Below, in pieces: positions 49,501 to 59,809 of a stretch of 64,000 bases of DNA. Numbering within the stretch: position 1 is the first letter of the stretch; each line of letters starts with the position of its first letter. The stretch lies in contig CM059431.1 in the NCBI GenBank assembly GCA_030390025.1, positions 94,986,001 through 95,050,000 on the forward strand. Reading direction: 5' to 3'. Source of the stretch: Squalus acanthias (taxonomy: Eukaryota). The position numbers and the translations under genes were made by a program. The notes under the pieces are model-generated. The model saw only the letters and a list, made by a program, of their open reading frames with translations. It had not been told where the DNA came from and searched no databases.

Positions 49501-51430
49501 AGATGCATCTGTCCATGACAGAATTGGTAGCAGTGATGAAGTCCCGTCTTCACAGTGAGGAAACCCTCCATTGTGTTGTGTGGCACTACCACAGTGCTAA
49601 TTGGGAAAGATTCAGAACAGATCTAGCAGCTCAAAAATGGGCATCCATGAGGCACTGTGGGCGATCAGTAGCAGCAGAATTGTATAACATCACAATCTTT
49701 AACCTCATGGCCTGGCATATCCCTCACTCTACCATTACCATCAAGCCAGGGGATAAACCCTAGTTCAATAAAGAGTGTAGAAGAGCATGTCAGGAGCAGC
49801 ACCAGGCATACCTAAAAATGAGGTGCCAACCTGGGGAAGCTGCAACAGAGGATTACATGCATGCTAAAAAACGGAAGCAGCATGCGATAGACGGAGCCAA
49901 GCAATCCCATAATCAACGGATCAGATCAAGGCCCCGACAACATCCCGGCTATCTTGCTGAAGACTTGTGCTCCAGAACTAGCCGCGCCTCTAGCCAAGCT
50001 GTTCCAGTACAGCTACAACACTGGCAACTATCCGACAATGTGGAAAACTGCCCAGGTATGTCTGTCCACAAAAAGCAGGACAAATCCAATCTGGCCAATT
50101 ACTGCCCCATCAGTCTACTCTCAATCATCAGCAATGTGATTGAAGGTGCGTCGACTGTGCTATCAAGCAGCACTTACTCACCAATAACCTGCTCACTGAT
50201 GCCCAGTTTGGGTTCCGCCAGGACCACTCGGCTCCAGACCTCATTACAGCCTTGGTCCAAACATGGACAAAAGAGCTGAATTCCAGAGGTGAGGTGAGGT
50301 GAGAGTGACTGCCCTTGACATCAAGGCAGCATTTGACCGAGTGTGGCATCAAGGATTCAATGGGAATCAGGGGGAAACTCTCCACTGTCTGGAGTCATAT
50401 CTAGCACAAAGGAAGATGGTTGTGGTGGTTGGAGGTCAATCATCACAGCCCAGGACATCACTGCAGGAGTGCCTCAGTGCAGTGTCCTAGGCACAACCAT
50501 CTTCAGCTGCTTCATAAATGACCTTCCCTCCATCATAAGTTCAGAAGTGGGGATGTCCGCTGATGACTGCACAGTGTTCAGTGCCATTCGCAACTCCTCA
50601 GATAATGAAGCAGTCCATGCCCGCATGCAGCAAGACCTGGACGACATTCAGGCTTAGGCTGACAAGTGGCAGGTAACATTCGCGCCACACAAATGCCAAC
50701 CAATGACTATCTCCAACAAGCGAATGTCTAACCACCGCCCCTTGACATTCAATGGCATTACCATCGCCGAATCCCCCACCATCAATATCCTGGGGGTCAC
50801 CATTGACCAGAAACTTAACTGGACCAGTCACATAAATACTGTGGCAACAAGAGCAGGTCAGAGGCTAGGTATTCTGCAGTGAATGTCTCACCTCCTGACT
50901 CCCCAAAGTCTTTCCACCATCTACAAGGCACAAGTCAGGAGTGTGATGGAATACTCTCCACTTGCCTAGATGAGTGCAGCTCCAACAGCACTCAAGGAGC
51001 TCGACACCATCCAAGACAAAGCAGCCCGCTTGATTGGCACCCCAACCACTTCCTTGAACATTCACTCCCTCCACCATCGGCGTACTGTGGCTGCAGTGTG
51101 TACCATCTACAAGATGCACTCGCCATGGCTTCTTCGGCAGCACCTCCCAAACCCGCGGCCTCTTCCACCTAGAAGGACAAGGGCAGCAGGCGCATGGGAA
51201 CACCACCACCTCCAAGTCACACACCATCCTGACTTGAAAGTATATCGCCATTCCTTCATCGTCGCTGGGTCAAAATCCTGGAACTCCCTCCCTAACAGCA
51301 CTGTGGGAGGACCTTCACCACATGGACCGCAGCGGTTCAAGAAGGCTGCTCACCACCACCTTATCAAGGGCAACTAAGGATGGGCAATAAATGCTGGCCT
51401 TGCCAGCGATGCCCTGATCCAATTTAACAA
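49501..51430 (+). mobile_element. LINE-X, end of APE to 3' UTR, with internal deletions
   Basis: ORFs 49818..50279, 50299..50490, 50343..50657 and 50970..51377, plus the family 3' UTR. Confidence 0.9.
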
Positions 51431-51650
51431 AAACATTTTTGTTGTTGTTGTTCAATATTAATTATTTGGTTGATTTTCTTGCAGAATTGTTTTTGTCAAC
51501 CCTCTTTTACCCCCAAGAATACAATAGATGACTGGTGTCTGGAGACAATTGTTGGCTATTCTTTGTGCAGATGCTCCACCATGTGGCTCAGATCTGAATT
51601 TACTTCACACATATATTGGGAGTTTGATCTCTGCCAAGTTGCAGCACATA

Positions 51651-54000
51651 GGCATAGAAATTCCCTACCTTAACGCCATGTGTTTTCAGCGTATTTCTTC
51701 AAAAAATGCCTGCCGCCTCTCTTCTGCCCGCTTGCGGCGCAGGACACCATGGCCACGATTTTGGTGAGGGCCATTGCTCTGCCATTGCCAACGCTGGCCT
51801 CTCAAATTAAAATGAGCAGATCGTGGCATCAATCATCGTGCAATGCCTGATTTGACACCACGACTGCTATTTTTGATGTCGCCGCACGCCATAATACCCT
51901 CTCCAAACTAAGCATGGAAGAACGTGCGTGTAGCAGCCCTGCAGAGAGGCTGTCAGCACTTCCTAAAGGGACACCTATATCATTCAGGTAAGTTTGGATT
52001 TCAGCTTTTGGACTTTTTAATATTTTATTGATGTAGTGGCTTCGTGCAATACAGTTAAAAAGTGGTTAATGTGTGCAGGGAGTGCAGCAAGTGGTGCTGG
52101 ATGCTTGCAAGGCTTTTGATGGTAAATGAAGGTCTCTGAGAAGACAGAAAATGCTGGAAATACTCAGCAGGTCAGGCAGCATCTGTGGAGGGAGAAACAG
52201 AGTTAACGTTTCAGGTCGAGATGCTGCCTGAACTGCTGAGTATTTCCAGCATTTTATGCTTTTATTTCAGATTTTCAGCATGCGCAGTATTTTGCCTCTG
52301 AGAAGACCGCTTGCTCACAGTTCTGGGGGGCACATGGAGATGAAGCAGAGGCAGCAAAGGGGACAAGCAGCTCGCAGAGGGAAGAAGACGACAGAGAGGA
52401 GGAGGAAGCAGAAGAGTAAGAAGCGGAAGGAAGGATGCAACCCCGACAGTCCCTTTCTGGCCGGGATATCCCAGGATCGAATCATTCACCTGCGGATCCA
52501 GTGACCACAACCACAATTGCCCTTTCAACATTAATTCCACACCTTACCTTCCCTCTGTTACTGACTATCATAGCATCCTCTTGGCTACAACGCTGAAATA
52601 AAAGCCACCACAAAGCAAACTTTCCAATCCAACTTTATCCATATATGTATCCAATATGGCATCAAGAAATCAACTAAGTATCCTTGTGCATTCCCTTAGT
52701 GACTGTCTTGCTTCTGTCTTTGCCTATCCTAGTGATGTCACGCAGTGCTCCCCCAGTGGCTTCAGTGGGGGACACTGCAGATAGCCTTGCTGGGCGACCC
52801 TGAGGAGCTGGTGGCTGGAAGTGTCAAATCGAGTGGTGATGTTTCTTCTTCTTCTTCTTCTTCTTCTTCTTCTTCTTCTTCACTCTCCTCTCCCTCTCCT
52901 TGGTCAATCATTGGCTGGGCAGGCTGGATTTCTTGGGTGTCTGAAATGAGGAAGGCACAAGGTAGGATTGTGGTGAGGGGAGGGTGGGAAAGCAAGAGCT
53001 GTATGCTTACACCATGCGCAGCTTGTACATCAGAAAAAATTGTAGGATGAGGGGGAAGTGGGATGTGAAAAGGAGGATAACGTATGAGGATACAAGCATC
53101 TTGTATTCTTTCAGCCCCGCCGCTGGCCAAGGGCTCACCCATGCCCCTGCCAAGAATGGCCTGCACCATCTCCTTCAAGCGGGTGTGGTGAAGCTAGGAA
53201 TGTGAGGTGTGCCCCGTGTATGGTAGAGATTGTTGGTAGGTAAGTGATGGGGGCGGGGGGGTCGTGCATTGAGCAGTGTGTGAGGCTAGTTGTGCAGTTG
53301 GTAGGAGATGGCATTCACTGACCTTGACCACTCGTGTGAGGTCCTGAAAATTCTTTGGGCACTGGCGTCTAGTCCTAGGACGACACTGCTGGCAGTGACG
53401 ACCTCGGCGATTTGGTTCCACAGCCTTCTTTCTGGAGGGCCTCCTGGCCCCTTCTGGTTAGAGGGCAACTCTTCCAGTGTTCACCCCCTGCAAAAAACTC
53501 GAGTGCTGCATGCGAGACCCTGGGTGCACTTTCCCTGGCCTGTTGATCCATTTGTGTTAGTGCTGAAGCACTTTTACCATTTTTTTACATGTAGAAGGCA
53601 GTTCAGCTTCAAGAGCTTATGACTGGCATTTTGGAATTATTTTTAATATTTTTCTTTTTTTCAGAAGGCAGTTGAGCTCTAAGTGCTATAGACTACCTAT
53701 TTTTAAATTATTTTTATTTTTTTTATTTTAGAAGGCAGTTCCCCTTTAATGGCTTGAGACTGCTTTCTAAAATGATAGCCTAGCTTTAAAAAAAAGGCAG
53801 CCTCGCTCCAGGGAAGCTACGGCCACGCTACATTGGGCATCCTGCTAAGCCCACAGCCTGAAGCAGCGCATTCCACATTTGGCTGTGTGTTGTAATCATT
53901 CAAATCAGCAGGCAGCAAAAAATAATGGTGCTGCCTGCCATCATTTTACAAGCATGAGCAAGCCCCACCCATTTTTGGGCTTTATCAGATTTCTTAGGCC
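51651..54000. mobile_element. Non-autonomous Harbinger element (sister of 15617-18007)
   Basis: Termini ggcatagaaatt / gatttcttaggcc and TSD ATA. Minus Myb remnant LWNQIAEVVTASS...RQCPKNFQDLTRVVK; plus transposase tail QDRIIHLRIQ*. Confidence 0.85.
52146..52295. mobile_element. Inverted Penelope terminal fragment with a 12-bp TSD
   Basis: Flanked by ctctgagaagac (52134-52145 and 52296-52307), with an internal inverted repeat. Confidence 0.8.
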
Positions 54001-54404
54001 ATAGTATTGCTAGGCGTACCAGTATCTCTTTGGAACCATGGATTTATTGGTGTTTATTCAGTGAATTATTGTTCTCTGAACGGCAATAAGTCAGTATATT
54101 AGAATTAAAAAGTCCTTAATAGTCATTTTTATGAGTTCAGTTTTTATCATCTACTTGGAGGCGAAATGCATTGTTATTTTCAGAATTAGTCTACATCAAT
54201 ATCAAGGATAACATTCTGTTTTTACTAATCTTATGATTTCCCACAAGCTCCTACCTCGCACACTATTTTCTAGACTTTTTATGAAGGATCACAGTCCCAA
54301 GAGAAAATGCGCAGGATGGGTGCTTGGCAAGTACTGGAGTAGTGAGGTCATTGAGTGAGTGGGTGCAAGCACCGCTGCAGGCATATCGCCAGTGCACATC
54401 CATT

Positions 54405-55155
54405 TGGCAATCCATCAAACAGATGCAACACCTGCCCTTTTACCTCCTCCCTTCCCATCGTCCAGGGCCCTAAACACTCCTTCCAGGTGAAACAGCAATT
54501 TACTTGTACTTCTTGCAATATAATATACTGTATTTGCTGCTCACGTTGCAGCCTCCTCTACATTGGGGAGACCAAATGCGGATTGGGTGACACCTTCGTT
54601 CAGTCTGCAAGCGTGACCCCAAGCTTCCGGTCGCCTGTCACTTTAATTCTCCGCTCCACTCCCACTCTGACCTCTCTATCCTCGGCCTCTTACACTGTTC
54701 CAATGAAGCTCAACGTAAACTCGAGGAACAGCACCTCATCTTTCGATTAGGCACTTTACAGCCTTCTGGACTCAACATCAAGTTCAACAATTTCAGATCA
54801 TAACCTCTGCCCCCATTTTTTCAGACGGCAGCTGTTGATGATTCTGCTATTCCCATTTGCACCTCTTCAAGACCCATCTTTTGTTTGTTACTTGTCCCAT
54901 TACCATCTCCTTTGCTATGTACAATCATACCTTTTGTCATTTAACCACTCCTGCCTTCCACCCTATCACAGACCCTCCCTTTCGGTCTTTCCTCCCCTCC
55001 CCCCTTTCCCTGCCCTTACACTTGCTAAAAATGTGTTACATCTCTAACTTTTTCCAGTTCTGATGAAAGGTCATCGACCTGAAACGTTAACTCTGTTTCT
55101 CTCTCCACAGATGCTGCCTGACCTGCTGAGTATTTTCAGCATTTTCTGTTTTTAC
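54405..55155 (+). mobile_element. Penelope-like element 3' part: GIY-YIG endonuclease remnant and terminal repeat
   Basis: RCNTC...FTCTSCNIIYCICCSRCSLLYIGETK (Cys linker plus GIY-YIG) in ORF 54355..54750, with a hammerhead downstream. Confidence 0.9.
55056..55092 (+). ncRNA. Minimal type I hammerhead ribozyme
   Basis: agtt-CTGATGA-a-aggtc-atc-gacct-GAAAC-GTT-aact. Confidence 0.8.
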
Positions 55156-56016
55156 ATCAAACATGGGCTTGGGTCCTGTACCACTCTTGTTAGTTCCTAA
55201 CAGAACTTGTTTTGTGTCCCCATACTGGGTTTCTTTTTGCTCCATTTACTTGTGGCATAAATAACCCCTCCCCCAGCTTTATTAGAGGCTGACAAGTGTC
55301 TAAAATTCAATTTGAAGTTCAAAAAAGGCTCAAACAATATTTGTTCCACAAGTAGCCATTTATCTTTAAGTGTGTATATCCCTTTAATTTGGATCACTGC
55401 AATGTTCCTCATCAATGAAGCATTTGTGAGTGAGGAAAGCAAGATCAGGTTCAGGGACACACTTTTGCGGTACTAATGGCCACCCCCCTCCCCCTTGAAA
55501 TGCCTGGTGTAGCAGACATAGAAATGAGGCAACAACAGGATTCAGTGCTGTGACCAGAACCTGCAGGATCTGGAAGAATTGTAGAAAAAACTGTATCCAA
55601 ACTGCAGAGCTCTGCTCAGGTAAACAACTGTTATTCCTGTCAAGTATGTGCAGCAAGTAGAAGTACAGGAAAGTCATTTCTGCCAACATTTTAATCCTCT
55701 CATTTGGTAATGCATGAACAAGCCAACACCCTTATAGCTTCCACAATCAATCACTTGAAGCAATGATTCGGTTAGGTATTGGACGTCACACACATCCACC
55801 AACACAAATGTTGCTCAAAACAAACTAACCACAGACACATATCATACAATGAATAGAATAAATCTACTGTGCTATTTATTAATGTGTCATTGATTAGAAT
55901 AAAGCAGGAACACAACAAAAGACAGAAATAGAAGGTATTTGGGGAACTGCGCAGGAATGTGTAGGTGGAGTGGAGCCTTACCCTCTTCCACTTCACCTTT
56001 TGTTTCCATACACAGA

Positions 56017-56708
56017 GGGGGAAAAATTGGGTTGCTTTGCGCCTCCCGTTAGTGCCCTAAGAGGGCGCTAACGGGGCGCAAAGCAACTAGCGCCCGGGCG
56101 CGGCGCCGCCCACGCCTCCCGCAAAATTCAGCGGGAGGTTAGCGGCGGGGCTAACTGGTAGCGCCCCGCGGCGCTGCAGCGCCAGCGATGACGTCATCGC
56201 CGTGCGCAGTGCCCCACTCACCCCGGCTGCGATCTTCGGGAGCACCCCCTGACTTACCGCCGGACGCTATGTCCAACGGGGTCAGGGGGGCCTACCTGCG
56301 GCCGGGGAGGCGCTATTTAAAGGCGAGGTGTGCGGGCGGCCATTTTTATTGCTCCCGCCCCCGGCCTCCTGAATGCCCCCCCCACCCCCCCGTGGAGTGC
56401 CGGCTGCACTCCAAGAGAAGTGCCGGGCTCTTTTACCGGCACTCCCGATCCCTGGGGGCCCAGCTGGGCCCCGGGTCGCGCTGTACAAGGCCCCTGCCCT
56501 TTAAGAAGGGGAGGAAGGCCTGCAATACCGCGGCACATAGCGCCGCGATATTGACTCACAGCGCCGCAAGAGGGATGTGGGGCGTTTCCAGTAGCACCCC
56601 GCTTCCCTCTTGGGGCACACCTACTCAATTTCCGGCGCGGCGGCGCTAATTTTTCCGGGGCGCTACTTTGTTAACACCCCAAATGGGATGTTACTCAATT
56701 TTTAGCCC
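56017..56708. mobile_element. Family-B MITE
   Basis: Termini gggggaaaaatt / aatttttagccc and TSD AGA. Confidence 0.85.
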
Positions 56709-56912
56709 AGAATCTCTAAGGCCCTCTCCACATAAGCACAGAATCTCCAAGGTCCTCTCCACATAAGCACTGAAGGGTTGAAGCTTTAGTTAACCCCCTT
56801 CTTGTCTAGAGATGCTCGTGCCAATTATGTGTGGCTTTCTCCTCAAAGTACATAATACAGGGACATATGTTATAAGCAATATGAGAGAAGAGAAGGCAGA
56901 TTTTCCTTTTAG

Positions 56913-57653
56913 TGGGCCGTATTTTCCAATCGGAGGCCTCCGATCTGGAAAAAATCTACACACGTACCTGAGGGCTCCCGAGGTCCGAACACTTCCGTTC
57001 CTGGGCCTCTCCAACTCGAAATGTGCAGGGCCCACATATCCCAGAGGCGCATGCGGTTCGCAAGCGTCCCAGGGATCACGTGGGCCATGGGGAGCCAATC
57101 AAAGAAGGGAATCTCCCTTCATACACTTGACAGATAGACCTGTCAAATATATGAATGGAGTTCACCCCAAAAACACTTTAAAACATTAAATAAATTTTTT
57201 TTTAAAAATCACATTTTTAAAATTAGTTGAAATTACAATAAATTAAATATTTTAAACAAAAATTTAATTTTTTGAAAAATGTAATTAAAGTTTTTTACGG
57301 GGCTAAAAATAAACTTACCTTTTAAAAGTATTTTTAAATGATAAATGAGTGAAATTTTTTTTAAAACTTTTTTCAAATCTTATGCTAGTAAAAGCGGGCC
57401 TCGCACCTGCTTTTACCAGGCGTAAGATTTCTAAGGGTTTTCTGCGGGCGAAGGTTCTGCTGAAAGCGGAACTCTCCCCCCGCAGAGGCCCTTCTCCAGG
57501 GCAGGCGTCTTATCTGTCAAGAGCATTCTTGACAGATCGGAAATGCCAGTTTTCAGCGCATGCGCTTGGCATGCCGGAAACCGGCATTTCCGATGTCCCT
57601 ACGGGTGTGTACACAGCGCGTACCCACCCGTAGGGATCAGAATATCCGGTCCA
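56913..57653. mobile_element. Family-C MITE (reverse orientation, diverged termini)
   Basis: Reverse-complement similarity to 45984-46736, including the tacgggt..acccgta and tgacag..ctgtca palindromes. Confidence 0.8.
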
Positions 57654-57934
57654 TTGTGCTTAAAGGATTTTCTGAGCATCTGGAAGATCAGGCGGAGAGA
57701 ATCGAATGTGTGTAACAGTTCCCTCAATTTTCCATTCATTTAAATTAATGGACAGATAATCAGGTGGGCTCCATCACAGACCTATGATCCTCCTCAGCCG
57801 ATTTTACTGTGTACACTGCACCTAGAAAGTCCTTTACATCCAAGTGCAATAAGATTAAGATTTGCCTTGATATGGGTGAACCAAGTGCCGAGGCCAGAAA
57901 CACCGTATATGAATCAGGGAAGATATAGTATACA

Positions 57935-58365
57935 GGAGTCAGCTGTAGCTCAGTGGCAGCACTCTTGCTTCTGAGTCAGATAGGTCATGGGTTCAAATCC
58001 CACTCCAAAGACTTGAGTAAAAAATCTAGGATGATACTGGAATGTGGTGTACTGCACTGTCAAAGGTGCTGTCTTTCAGATGAGATGTTAAACCAAGGGC
58101 CCATCTGCCCTCTCAGGTGGATGTAAAAGATCACGGCATTATTCTGCAGAAGAGCTGAGGGATTCTCCCTAGTGTCCTGGCCAATATTTATCCCTCAACT
58201 AACGTCACTAAAACAGATTATTTGGTCATTATCACATTGCTGTATGTGGGACCTTGCTGTGCACAAATTGTCTGCCGTGTTTCCTACATTACAACAGTTC
58301 AAAAAAGTACTTAATTGGTGGTAAAGTGCTTTGGGAAGTTATGAGGTCGTGAAAGGCGTATGTCT
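57935..58365 (+). mobile_element. tRNA-derived DeuSINE (SacSINE1-like)
   Basis: A-box tagctcagtgg, B-box gggttcaaatcc, and Deu-domain-like tgtcctggccaatatttatccctcaac...attatcacattgctg. Confidence 0.75.
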
Positions 58366-58849
58366 TCCTTTTTCTTTTTAGGTGTCTGTTGAGGTCCCTG
58401 AGCTTGGTATTCGTTGTTTGGCTCATTTAATGAGCCACCAACAATGTGGAGTGCCTTGAATAAAAATGGCCATGTCTCTGGATTAGGAAAGTGCATGAAC
58501 AACTGACCGAATGCTGTGCATTTTCCCTCTGTTATGCGGCAAAAAGCTTGAAGTGCTGGTAGGACACATTGTAGGGCAACATCTTGAAAGAAAGCAAAAC
58601 ATGAGCATCGCTTACCTGAGCAACCTTCCTGCTCTCCTGTTCCGTGGACAGCTGACATTACAGCCATCCTTTCAGCAAGCTCCATTCATTCAGCTCTCGT
58701 GTTGGCTCTCACTGAAAGGTAGTCTCTGCTTCAAAAAGGAGCAACTTCTTTGTAACAACATCTCCAAAGCTGCTTTAATAAATAGAACTGTTCCTTGTCT
58801 TTTTGCAGCCATCTCTGCAACGGTACAGCTTCAGTAGCAACCCTTTAAG

Positions 58850-59760
58850 GATTGGTGCTTAGCCAGTGTCAACCAGCACTTTCGCCTCTGAGTCAGAAGG
58901 TTGTTGGTTCAAGTCCCACTCCAGAGACTTGAGCACAAAAATCTAAACTGACACTCCAGTGCAGTACTGAGGGAGTGCTGCACTGTCAGGAGTGCCATCT
59001 TTCAGATGAGACGTTAAACCGAGACCCTGTGCTCTCTTTCTTTCAAGTGGCATAGTGGTTAGCACTGGTGCCTCACAGCGCCAGGGACCCGGGTTCGAAT
59101 CTGGCCTCGGGTGACTGTCTGTGTGGAGTTTGCACATTCTCCCCGTGTCTGCGTGGGTTTCCTCCGGGTGCTCCGGTTTCCTCCCACAGTCCAAAAATGT
59201 GCGGGTTAGGTTGATTTGGCTATGATAAATTGACCCTTAGTGTTAGGGGGGGATTAAATATGTGGGGTTACGGGGATAGGATAGGAAGGGATATGTTAGG
59301 GGGAATTAAATATGTGGGGTTACGGGGATAGGGTGGGATATGTGTCGGTGCAGGCTCGATGGGGATTCTGTGTGAGAAAGCAGGGACAGGGTACTGGATT
59401 TGGATGATCAGCCATGATTGTATTGAATGGTGGAGCAGGCTCGACGGGCCGAATGGCCTACTCCTGCTCCTAGTTTCTATGTTTCTATGTTTCTATCCCA
59501 TGGCACTATTTCAAAGAAGAGCAAGGGAGTTATCCCCGGTGTCTTGGCCAATATTTATCCCTCAACCAACATAACAAAAGCAGATTATTTGGTTGTTATC
59601 ACATTGCTGTTTGTGGGAGCTTGCTGAGTGCGGATTGGCTGCCGCATTTCCTACATTACAACAGTGACTACACTTCAAAATTACTTCATTAGCTGTAAAG
59701 TGCTTTGGGATGTCCGGTGGTTGTGAAAGGTGCTATATAAATGCAAGTCTTTCTTTCTTT
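58850..59760 (+). mobile_element. DeuSINE split by a V-SINE and a CR1 tail
   Basis: Head at 58850-59035; body resumes at about 59497 (cccatggcactatt); (cttt)n tail. Confidence 0.75.
59047..59365 (+). mobile_element. V-SINE (HE1-like)
   Basis: tRNA head (ggcatagtgg...gggttcgaatc) plus V-domain ctgtgtggagtttgcacattctccccgtgtctgcgtgggtttcctccgggtgctccggtttcctcccac. Confidence 0.85.
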
Positions 59761-59809
59761 CGTAGTATATCCTGCGCCCAACCTTTGTACAATTTCAGTA
59801 TGTCATACA

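Noticed and set aside
52842..52882. (TTC)n microsatellite
   Set aside because: Corresponds to an expanded poly-Glu tract in the decayed Harbinger Myb gene, shorter in the sister copy at about 16710.
56706..56770. 31-bp tandem duplication beside a MITE end
   Set aside because: Two imperfect copies only; a local slippage or repair scar with no sign of function.
57935..59120. tRNA genes
   Set aside because: The A/B boxes belong to SINE heads followed by SINE bodies, and I could not fold a convincing cloverleaf.
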